From contig CAXXLL010000002.1 in NCBI GenBank assembly GCA_963662545.2, positions 576,001-640,000 on the forward strand: DNA of 64,000 nt, read 5' to 3'. Origin of the DNA: Gammaproteobacteria bacterium (GTDB taxonomy: Bacteria; Pseudomonadota; Gammaproteobacteria; Ga0077536). The notes beneath the pieces were generated by a model that worked only from the letters and a program-made list of their open reading frames with translations, made no database searches and had not been told where the DNA came from. Position numbers and translations under genes: made by a program. Positions 51,660 to 60,631 of the stretch are shown here, piece by piece; positions within the stretch are counted from its first letter, which is position 1, and the number at the start of each line of letters is the position of its first letter.

Positions 51660-52541
51660 ATGACCCAGTCTAACAATTCCATCAGCCCGTTGCGTCAACG
51701 CATGATTGATGACATGACCTTGCGTCAGCTCCAGGAGAAAACGCAGAGCGGCTATCTGCGCTCGGTGAAGCGCTTGACGAAGTTTCTGGGTCGTTCACCC
51801 GATTCGGCGTCAGCCGAAGACCTGCGCGCGTTTCAAAAACATCTGGTGGACCAGGGGGTATCGAGCGCGACCATCAATGCGACGATCCGCGGACTGCGGT
51901 TCTTCTTCGAGACCACCCTGGAGCGCCCGCAGGTACTGAAACGGATGAGTCCGGTGCGTGTGCCGGAGCGCTTGCCGGTGGTCTTGAGCGTGGCAGACAT
52001 CACCCGCTTATTGAACGCTGCCCCCGATCTGAAGTCGATGGCGGCGCTGTCGGTGGCCGATGGTGCCGGGTTACGCGCCAGCGAAGTCTGCCACTTGAAG
52101 ATCACCGACATCGACAGCGAACGGATGCTTATCCGAGTGCAACTCGGCAAAGGTGCTCGAGATCGACAAGCGATGCTCTCGCCGGCCTTGTTGCAACTAC
52201 TGCGCGCCTGGTGGCGCGAGGGTCATCGCCGCGGCAAGATGCTCCCCAATGGCTGGCTGTTCCCCGGCGTTGACCCGGTCGACCCCCTCTCGACACGCCA
52301 ACTCAATCGAATGTGTCATTTCGCTGCGGCGACGGCCGCGCTGGAGAAACGGCTCTCCATGCACACCTTACGCCACAGCTTCGCGACACATTTGCTCGAG
52401 CAGCGGGTCGATATCCGGGTCATCCAAGTCTTACTCGGCCATAAGAAGCTGACCACCACCGCACGCTACGCCCATGTCGCGACCCAGACCTTGAGTCAAG
52501 TACAAAGTCCTCTGGACCGGTTGAAGTTACCCAAGCCGTAG
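51660..52541 (+). CDS. site-specific tyrosine recombinase (N-terminal SAM-like domain plus catalytic domain), intact
   Basis: GLRASE, GKG, HTLRH, LGH, ARY: complete R-K-H-R-H-Y set; AGGAG RBS. Confidence 0.93.
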   Translation: MTQSNNSISPLRQRMIDDMTLRQLQEKTQSGYLRSVKRLTKFLGRSPDSASAEDLRAFQKHLVDQGVSSATINATIRGLRFFFETTLERPQVLKRMSPVRVPERLPVVLSVADITRLLNAAPDLKSMAALSVADGAGLRASEVCHLKITDIDSERMLIRVQLGKGARDRQAMLSPALLQLLRAWWREGHRRGKMLPNGWLFPGVDPVDPLSTRQLNRMCHFAAATAALEKRLSMHTLRHSFATHLLEQRVDIRVIQVLLGHKKLTTTARYAHVATQTLSQVQSPLDRLKLPKP

Positions 52542-52542
52542 C

Positions 52543-53521
52543 GTGGCGCGGCCACCGCTAGAGGTGGCAGACATTTTCAGACGCGACGGCCAGACCTGGC
52601 GTCAGGCGCACGCCGGACATATCAGCCTGGCTCAACTCAAGGTCGCGTATTACCACGTCGTGTTCACCTTACCGGCACTGATCGCCGATCTCGCTTACCA
52701 GAATAAGGCCGTGGTCTATGATTTGCTGTTCAAGGTCTCTGCGGAAACACTCGCCACCATCGCCGCCGATCGCAAACACCTGGGTGCCCAGATCGGAATG
52801 ACCTCGGTGTTGCATACCTGGGGCTCGGCACTCACCCATCATCCGCAGGTCCACTGCATCGTCCCCGGGGGCGGACTCGATGGCGAGACCTGGGTGCCGT
52901 GTAAACGCGGGTTTTTCCTGCCGGTACGGGTGTTGTCGCGACTGTTCCGGCGTCTGTTCCTACAACGGCTCCACCAGGCACACCGTGACGGGCAGCTACG
53001 TTTCTTCGGTGACCTGGTGCATCTCGCCAACCCGACATCGTTCAACCGATACCTGGCGCCACTGGCGTAAACGGAGTGGTTCGTCTACGTCAAACAACCC
53101 TTTGCCGGGCCCCCAAGCGGTGCTCGCTTACCTGTCGCGCTACACCCACCGGGTTGCCATCTCCAATCATCGGCTCATCGCCCATGATGAACGCGGCGTC
53201 ACCTTCCAATGGAAGGACTATCGCACCAAACATTGTGTCCGATACAAACCCATGACGCTCGTCACCGATGAGTTCATCCGCCGCTTCTTGACCCACGTCT
53301 TACCCAAGGGGTTCCATCGCATCCGTCATTACGGCTTGTTCGCTAATCCCGTGCGACGCGATAACTTGACCCGCTTACGTCGAGCACTCGACACCCACGA
53401 CGAGCCCGACGTCGAAACAGAAACGATGACGGCGTCTTCACCGGCGTTCGTCTGTCGAATCTGTGGGGCGCCCTTGCAGATTGTCGAGATCCTCACCCCG
53501 AACATGAGAGCACCACCATGA
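52543..53521 (+). pseudogene. IS91 transposase with Zn-finger deletion, TAA at 53068 and a frameshift
   Basis: Against copy 1: 177-bp deletion at 52644, CAA-to-TAA change, extra base near 53110. Confidence 0.88.
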
Positions 53522-54131
53522 CGCCGGCTCCTACGACAAGCATGACCGGCAGCACGCAACAGCGTCGGCGAGCGCCTATTGCCTCAACTGTGTCAAACAC
53601 TCGAGCCGCCCCTTCAAAAGCCAACGACTACGCTAGAAAACGGCGCTCCCACCCATCGATGACGCCAGCATCCGACTCGAAAACGCCGCACACAACGACT
53701 TCTACGACCCGCTGCCCCCAACAATCCCCATAGCCACGCCCCCGCGGTTTCCTCCCCTGGGCGTTATCGAACACCCGCCTCACTGCCGTCACAGACCCTC
53801 ACCCTCGTGCCGTTGCGGGTGTCCAATAACCCTAACCAGGAGCGGTCTTGGTATTTGTCGTAAGGCCATGCAGCGTGAAGGCTTCGTGTTCCGGGCGGGG
53901 TCCCATGGCGATGCAGTCGTTGACGGAGCTGTCGAGGACCTGTGCGAGGCCATCGTCGTCGTGCGGTTCGAGGGCGAGATAGGTAGTATCCAGAGCGCGA
54001 ACCAACAGACCTGCACGTTCGAGGTGCTACCCCACCCGTTCGCTCAGGGTAAGCACGCGAAAAAGAACTCCACGAACTCGCGCACGCAATTCTCTGAGCG
54101 AAAAAGTGGTTTGCCTCTGGAATCAGACGTT

Positions 54132-54914
54132 CTAATAAGTCATCAGCACCTTTCCATAAGGTAAGTCGAAGCTCGAAGAACCGCCCGAGTAAAACGCATC
54201 CACCATTCTCACGACCGGCAGCTTATGCCAGGGATCGATCGCCGATTGCGCGTCGAACGTCAGCGAGCCGGTGCCCCGGATCTGATTCTTCCACCAATCA
54301 TCACCGACTTCGAAGTTGTTCGTCGCGGGATTAAAGTGGTCGATGAGTTCGATCAACGGATCGCCCCCCGCCGGATCAGGAATGATGCGGACGCAGACGA
54401 GCGGCCGCGCGAACGGTTCGGCCTCTTCCCGGGACATGACCCGCTCCGGCCTGACCATGGCGGTGCAGATCCGAATCCCTGCCGGTCGTTCGACGATGCC
54501 GACCATGCCTTCGGGATGTTTCTCGATGGCGACATGAGCCAGCTTTTTCGGCACGCCCCAGATCTCGCGGCCGACAGTCACTGCCGCATCGGACGTCAAC
54601 AAATTCCAGACCACGTATTCGACGGGAGTACCTTCGAACGAAGCACGCAGGCCAACGAAAGCCTCATGGTAGGCGCCCAAAGTGCAGGTGGGAATGTTGA
54701 GGAACACAACCGACACCGTGGCCGGCAGCTCCAGTTCCAGACAATCGGGCAGGATGTCGAACGCGGCTTCCTGATCGGTCTCATACATAAAGACCAAGCG
54801 TTCGACATTGCGGTAGTAATACGGTGGCTCCGGATAGATCGGCGAATCCAACGGCATTGTGTTCGCCATACGGGCTTTGGTCATCCGACCCTTCGTGCGT
54901 GTTGCTGTGTCCAT
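54132..54914 (-). CDS. acetoacetate decarboxylase-like superfamily protein
   Basis: PPYYY, YETD, YHE, GREIWGVPKKLA (Schiff-base Lys motif), DPWHKLPV. Confidence 0.88.
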   Translation of the reverse strand: MDTATRTKGRMTKARMANTMPLDSPIYPEPPYYYRNVERLVFMYETDQEAAFDILPDCLELELPATVSVVFLNIPTCTLGAYHEAFVGLRASFEGTPVEYVVWNLLTSDAAVTVGREIWGVPKKLAHVAIEKHPEGMVGIVERPAGIRICTAMVRPERVMSREEAEPFARPLVCVRIIPDPAGGDPLIELIDHFNPATNNFEVGDDWWKNQIRGTGSLTFDAQSAIDPWHKLPVVRMVDAFYSGGSSSFDLPYGKVLMTY

Positions 54915-55417
54915 GGTTACCCCTTTTGGTTTAGTTTTTGGTTCCCACACCGGAGTGCAGCGTTGGGTACTCTTGAAGCGTAGATGAGCTAAGCGCTGGG
55001 ATCTACAGTGTAGTGCCTCGGGCCTATTGTTCCGCCGATGCGACGAACGATAATGCAAATCCGTATATGAATCTCAGGACGACAACTGGAACGCGCATTT
55101 AAGGCACATGCAGGGTCCCTACCCCGCAGGTTCTGGCAGCAAGAAGCGTTTGGATCAGAACGCGAGTATAGAAGACGAATAACCCGCCTTATTGCGAGGT
55201 AGCATCCGTTCGCGGTAGGTGAGAATGACCGTCTGTGAAGCGTCCCGCGGTGTCGTTTCGCCGGCAATAAGCGCTGATCACGACGGGCGTTGCGGGTCTT
55301 ATCCTAGCTGAGGCCGAGCGTAGTCGCGGTCTTCGCTGGCGAGGCCTGGCATCCGTGCTTGGACCGGTATTGCAGTTCCGTCTCTCTGCATTACGAATCA
55401 GTGACGACGACCGCTTG

Positions 55418-55491
55418 GGGTCGGCAGCTGCCGAATCGCCGCAGTGCAACACCTGTAAGCATTACGTCTGCAGTCCCCTCGTAAGCGGTCG
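55418..55491 (+). repeat. 74-bp conserved repeat, copy d
   Basis: GGGTCGGCAGCTGCCGAATCGCCGCAGTGCAACAC-N9-TTACGTCTGCAGTCCCCTCGTAAGCGGTCG. Confidence 0.9.
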
Positions 55492-55802
55492 TGCAGTAGC
55501 GTTCAGTGGTGCGACTGTGGAGGGCGGCGGCTTACAGCTAGAAGCGGACGGCAAATTACGGGACCGGCATGGACCATGACGAGGAGATCTGAAGATAAAT
55601 CAGCGAATTTCCGTCGCCACAATCGGTGGCTGTTCCGTAATTCCTTCTGCGCGGGGCGGGCGCACGGAGCTGCGGTCGAAAACCGAATTGGATACACTGA
55701 TATCGCAAAGGCATGCCCGATTTGTGACTATGGACAAGATATCGAACCACTTACAACCCGCCGGACGCGACCCGCCCGGATCGGGTCCCGAGGAAACAAG
55801 CT

Positions 55803-56687
55803 ATGGATCTCTCTGCTAATAACTGCCTCGTTGACACCGACTGGCTCGCCCGTCACCTCGATTCGCCAGATTTACGCATTATCGAATGCACCTCGTTGCT
55901 GCCGAATTATTTCGAAGAATCGGCTGCCGACGGGCTGATCAAGGAAAGCGGCCTGACCCTGTGGCAGGAAGGGCATGTTCCGGGCAGCGCATTCGCCGAT
56001 ATCCTCGGCGAACTCTCCGACGAAACCAGCGATCGCTTGATGTATGGCATACCCTCCACCACACAATTCAGCGAAGCGATGTCGAACTTAGGCGTTGACG
56101 CGAGCACCGGGGTCGTACTCTACGACCGCCAGCTCAACATGTGGGCGGCACGGGTGTGGTGGCTGCTACGCGCCTTCGGATTTGAAAACGCTGTCGTGCT
56201 CAACGGTGGCTGGACAAAATGGGTGGCCGAAGACCGCCCAGTCTCAACCGCGCCGCCGTCTTATCCGCGATCCGAGTTTGTCGCCAGGCCGCAGCCGCAG
56301 CTGATCGCGAAACGCGACGAGGTGCACGCTGCCATTGACCGGGACGCGTCGTGTCTCGTCAACGCCCTGCAGGCCGATGAATTCGAGGGCAAGCCGCCGC
56401 ACCGCTACGCCCGTCCGGGCCGTATCGCCGGGAGCGTCAACGTACCGTTCTCCACAACCTGCGATCCGGAAACTCAACTATACGGAACAGACGACGAACT
56501 CCGCGCGACCTTCGACAGTGCCGGCGCAATGAGCAGCGCCGAGACCATCTGCTACTGCGGCGGCGGTATCGCGGCCTGCAGCACCGCCCTATTGCTGACG
56601 CGTCTCGGCGTTGAAGGCGTCTCGGTCTATGACGGCTCCATGACCGAATGGGCCAGTGATCCATCGTTGCCCATGGAAACCGGTTAG
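55803..56687 (+). CDS. tandem-rhodanese sulfurtransferase (SseA/MST-like)
   Basis: LVDTDWL, GHVPGS, AARVWW, LNGG, YCGGGIAA active-site loop, YDGSMTEW. Confidence 0.92.
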   Translation: MDLSANNCLVDTDWLARHLDSPDLRIIECTSLLPNYFEESAADGLIKESGLTLWQEGHVPGSAFADILGELSDETSDRLMYGIPSTTQFSEAMSNLGVDASTGVVLYDRQLNMWAARVWWLLRAFGFENAVVLNGGWTKWVAEDRPVSTAPPSYPRSEFVARPQPQLIAKRDEVHAAIDRDASCLVNALQADEFEGKPPHRYARPGRIAGSVNVPFSTTCDPETQLYGTDDELRATFDSAGAMSSAETICYCGGGIAACSTALLLTRLGVEGVSVYDGSMTEWASDPSLPMETG

Positions 56688-56915
56688 ACGCGCGCCTGCT
56701 ACTGCAACTCGAAACTCTCGTAGTTGTTAGCGCAGGGGCGAAGGTGCGGGTGCCAGCTCTACATAATGGACATGCCAGGGTTGGCCGACGATGATGAAGA
56801 TCCGGGCGAGGGGCATTAAGAATTGCTGTTTTCATCCAGTATTTTCTGAAATACCTTCCTAATTTCGCTCGCGAGTTCGTTCTTGTCGGCACACCAAACA
56901 AGTCTGCTACGGGTC

Positions 56916-57075
56916 CAGACTGTGTGAAAACTCAAAAATACGACGACGAAATAAAAATATTCCCCACCAGCATAGTTGTTATGCCCCTCGAATAGGGATC
57001 GGCATTTCAATTAGATCCAATTTCGAGGGTAGTTCCCCCACTTTTGAAAAATGAAAATAGTTTTCACACAGTCTG
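56916..57075. mobile_element. 160-bp MITE, copy 2, GGTC target duplication
   Basis: Same 17-bp IRs and length as 47257-47416, diverged interior; GGTC at 56912-56915 and 57076-57079. Confidence 0.88.
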
Positions 57076-57148
57076 GGTCGTGAGCGGTCTGATCGCGGCA
57101 GCGCAGGACTGTTCTGGGTCATGTCCGGAATACCCTCAGAAGCGGTCA
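57075..57148 (+). repeat. 74-bp conserved repeat, copy e (most diverged)
   Basis: GGGTCGTGAGCGGTCTGATCGCGGCAGCGCAGGAC-N9-TCATGTCCGGAATACCCTCAGAAGCGGTCA. Confidence 0.85.
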
Positions 57149-57289
57149 GTACTTCCTGTACATAACAAGATGAAACAGGCTGACCAGGACAAATACAACA
57201 ACGGCTATGATGGTAAAAGGTTTCATCCTTCCCCTGTTATCTCATAACGTGGTCAATACTAAATTACTCCGGCCTTTTTTTATTTTGAG

Positions 57290-57823
57290 TTAGGCTGGCT
57301 GTGCGCCCCCCCCTAGAAAGGTAAACAAGAGCACGAGCATAATAGTCTGAACGACCCAGCCGATTACGCACACCCCCACCGCACGCCATGTGCTTTCATA
57401 ATCAAGCGCTTGTCTCACCGCAATCACCATAGCCATCAACATCCAAATTGAAGCCACAAGAAAAACGATCTCTGTCAGCCCCGGGATGATTCCTAATACT
57501 CGAATTAACCCTGGGGAACTTGAAAAACCAATCGTGCGCAATAACTCACCATGATCTGCTTTGGTTTGTGGTTCTGGAAGTAGCCTTGTGCCAATAAAGT
57601 AAGTTAGGTAGGCCCAGATATACCATCCGACAATTGCTACGATCATCCCGATCAACATCCCTCCAAGGCCACCTTGCCCAAAACGTCCAATTCCGGCTGC
57701 GACGCTTGAAAGAGCGACAACTAACATGGCCTGACCCAGTGCCCCTTGATCGGCCTCAACCTCTTCATAAAGGTCGACATCAAGTTTCGCAGCACGAATC
57801 ATACGGTCCTTTAGACGAGTCAT
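57290..57823 (-). CDS. YIP1-family membrane protein
   Basis: RAAKLDVDLYEEVEAD, LLRTIGFSSSPG, AVRQALDY; about five TM segments; GGAGGGAG RBS. Confidence 0.8.
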   Translation of the reverse strand: MTRLKDRMIRAAKLDVDLYEEVEADQGALGQAMLVVALSSVAAGIGRFGQGGLGGMLIGMIVAIVGWYIWAYLTYFIGTRLLPEPQTKADHGELLRTIGFSSSPGLIRVLGIIPGLTEIVFLVASIWMLMAMVIAVRQALDYESTWRAVGVCVIGWVVQTIMLVLLFTFLGGGAQPA

Positions 57824-57991
57824 TTTCTCCCTCCTACAATTCTATTGGCTCTCGATCATTATGGTATTGATGTAATTGTAAGGTGTTTAAATCCGCAACC
57901 AAGTAAAATCACAATTGAAACTTTGATGGCCGAAATTGGAAACAACACGCTCACAAGGTAGTGCATTTGAGTAAAGAGGCAAAATAACTGG

Positions 57992-58065
57992 GGGTCGTCA
58001 GCGGCCTGATCGCGGCAGCGCAGCACTAGTCTAGATTACGTCTGCAATACCCTCGTAAGCGGTCG
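57992..58065 (+). repeat. 74-bp conserved repeat, copy f
   Basis: GGGTCGTCAGCGGCCTGATCGCGGCAGCGCAGCAC-N9-TTACGTCTGCAATACCCTCGTAAGCGGTCG. Confidence 0.9.
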
Positions 58066-58233
58066 TCCAACGACAATTAGTGGAGCGTTAACGAAGCACT
58101 CCGGTAAACCCATGCACTGGCGGTTTCGAAACTGGCCGTGCCCGCTCGGTTCTATCGTCGTCAAGCGCGGTCGCGAATGAGCCAGGGAGTGGCTAAGATC
58201 GGTGTCCGTCTATTCAGAGCCAAGGGAGGTCCC

Positions 58234-58638
58234 ATGAACAAGAAACATGTGCCCGACACGATCGCGCCGCCGATCGCCGCCTATAGCCATGGCATCGAGA
58301 TACCGCCGAACTCGCGAGTCCTGCACACCGCGGGGCAGGTAGGCATATTGCCCGACGGCACAACACCTGAGGGAATCGAGGCGCAGACTGATGCCGCCTG
58401 CGACCAATCTCATAGCCATTCTGGAGTCAGCCGGTATGGGGATCGATGATGTCGTCAAGGTCGTGACCTATGTGACGAGCGAGGAGGATGTCGTCTTCTG
58501 TGACGAGCCGACTTGATGGCGCAGACACGCGCCAAATTCTGGGGTGATGCACGGCCCGCTTCGACGGGCATTATCGTCAAGGCGCTGGCCAAACCGGAAT
58601 GGGTGGTTGAGGTCGAGCTCGTCGCCGCCAAAGCCTGA
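58234..58638 (+). pseudogene. RidA/YjgF/UK114 family protein, frameshifted
   Basis: YSHG..AGQVG..AQ, then NL.AILESAGM..DDVVKV and RPAST..LA.PEW.VEVE in other frames. Confidence 0.85.
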
Positions 58639-59954
58639 ACTCGAACCCACGTTACGCGCTGTGGGACGAGCGCCCTCCCGCCCTACGGGATAGGTGTCAG
58701 GTTTTGCCTTTTGTCCCCCGTCAGCAATCATGAGACAAGTTGCAGGGTTTAGATAATGGAGTGATTCTGCCTCATCGAGGCTCGAAAGGAGAGCAAGATG
58801 AGCAAGAGAAGCACGCGTCACGAGACGGCAGAGCAACACGTCAAGAGCATCCGCCGGGCGACGCGCAAGCAGTATTCAGCGGAGGAGAAGATCCGGGTAG
58901 TTCTGGAAGGTCTTCGCGGCGAGCAGTCGATAGCTGAGCTGTGCCGCCGTGAGGGGATAGCGCAGAGCCTGTAGTACAGTTGGTCGAAGGAGTTTTTGGA
59001 AGCGGGTAAGAAACGGTTGTCCGGGGATACGGCCCGTGAAGCGACCTCTGATGAGGTCAGGAGCCTGCGCCGGGAGACGCGCGATTTGAAAGAGGCGTTG
59101 GCCGAGACGCTGCTGGAGAACCGCCTGCTTAAAAAAAACATGGCTTAAGGGATGGGGGCGACCGAGGATGAGGCTTCCCGTATCAGAGAAGCTTGAGATC
59201 ATCCGTTTGGTTGAGCGGTCGCATCTGTCGGTTGGGCGGACGCTGGCGACGTTGGGTATATCAAGACCGACGTTCTATCGTTGGGTGGCACGGTATCAGC
59301 GGCTCGGGGAGTCGGGTCTCGAAGACCGGCGCTGGGGCCCGCACCGGGTGTGGAACCGTATCCCTGAGACGGTTGGCCAGCAGGTGATTGAGCTGGCTCT
59401 GGATCAGCCTGAGTTGAGTTCACGCGAGTTGGCGGTGACGTTCACCGACGCGCGCGGCTATTTCATCTCGGAAGCCAGTGTTTACCGGCTGTTAAAGGCC
59501 CAAGACCTGATTGAGACACCGGCCTTCCGGGTGATGGCGGCGGCCGATGAGTTCAAGGATAAGACCACCGCCCCGAACCAGCTGTGGCAGACCGACTTTA
59601 CCTATCTGAAGGTCATCGGCTGGGGCTGGTTCTACCGGTCGACCATCCTCGATGACTTCTCGCGTTATGTCATCGCCTGGAAACTGTGCACGACGATGAA
59701 AGCCAGTGACGTCACCGCGACGCTTGAGCAGGCGCTCGCCGCCGCGGGACTCGATTCAGCCACTGTCAAACATCGACCGCGGCTACTCTCGGACAACGGC
59801 TCGAGTTACATCGCGGGGGAACTGGCAGACTGGCTTGACGACCACGGCATGGGCCTCGTCCGCGGTGTGTAACCGGTCAATCCAGGCCGTTATTCACGGT
59901 CTCGGGCAGATGGTTTAGTTTGCCAGGTTTCCCAGTCAATCGGGAGCTTGGTAA

Positions 59955-60245
59955 ATGAATGATCACGGAAAACCTCGGAACAAACGACGTAGTGCGGATG
60001 AGTGGCGTGGCCTATTAGCGGAGCAGGCACAAAGCGGTTCATCGATCCGCGCATTCTGTGCTGAGCGAGGAATTGGATATTCGACGTTCAGTAAAAGGAA
60101 GTCGAGGTCAGCGAGGGACGCTCAGATAGGGAAGGCGGAAACACGTTTCGTCGAGTTGGCCCCGTTACAACCATTAACCAATGCACAATGGGATATCGAG
60201 TTAGCGCTCGGTGATGACATCGTGCTACGTGTGTCACGGCACTGA
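59955..60245 (+). CDS. tnpA: IS66 accessory protein TnpA
   Basis: HTH SGSSIRAFC..F, RFVEL; first ORF of IS66. Confidence 0.88.
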   Translation: MNDHGKPRNKRRSADEWRGLLAEQAQSGSSIRAFCAERGIGYSTFSKRKSRSARDAQIGKAETRFVELAPLQPLTNAQWDIELALGDDIVLRVSRH

Positions 60246-60613
60246 TGTGGTCGCCCCCATCGGGTTTGCGTATATGGTTATGTCGGGCACCGACTGATAT
60301 GCGTCAATCGTTCCATGGTTTATCGGCGTTGGTGCGGCAGGCGTTACACGAGGAGCCCCTCGATGGGGCACTGTACGTTTTCGTCAATCGCCGGCGTACG
60401 TTATTAAAAGCGCTGTACTTTGAGTCGGACGGATATTGTCTGTGGAGTAAGAAACTCGAACGCGGTCAGTTCCAGGTTCGGTGGAATAGCGAGGTCAAAC
60501 AGCGGCTGCAACGCAGCGAATGGCAGTGCATTATTGAAGGGATCGATCTACGCTCAGTGCGTCGATTAAAACGGTTTCGATTACCGGAAAACGATCGACG
60601 GTCAGCAGTGTAA
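60245..60613 (+). CDS. tnpB: IS66 accessory protein TnpB
   Basis: TDMRQSFHGL, YVFVNRRR, DGYCLWSKKLERG. Confidence 0.93.
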   Translation: MWSPPSGLRIWLCRAPTDMRQSFHGLSALVRQALHEEPLDGALYVFVNRRRTLLKALYFESDGYCLWSKKLERGQFQVRWNSEVKQRLQRSEWQCIIEGIDLRSVRRLKRFRLPENDRRSAV

Positions 60614-60631
60614 ACGGTACAATACGTACCC

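Larger units (their letters stand above)
51524..53838 (+). mobile_element. tyrosine recombinase + IS91 (Y2) element, copy 3, directly abutting copy 2
   Basis: Left end GAGGACGAAACCGCTATCGCGGTA immediately after the copy-2 right end; right end ..AACCCTAACCA as in copy 1. Confidence 0.88.

Noticed and set aside
36988-58065. 74-bp repeats as a CRISPR array or integron attC sites
   Set aside because: Spacing is about 0.9-8 kb and irregular, there are no RYYYAAC/GTTRRRY boxes, and the recombinases show no obvious IntI-specific insertion.
27241-58974. Three in-frame TAG codons (27241, 48877, 58972) suggesting amber recoding
   Set aside because: Intact genes here end normally in TAG (23018, 24569, 56687), the affected genes are mobile or otherwise damaged, and no suppressor or pyl genes are seen. 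Simple nonsense mutations or read errors suffice.
60245-60613. TnpB as an RNA-guided nuclease
   Set aside because: This is the 122-aa IS66 accessory TnpB, unrelated to IS200/IS605 RuvC TnpB.
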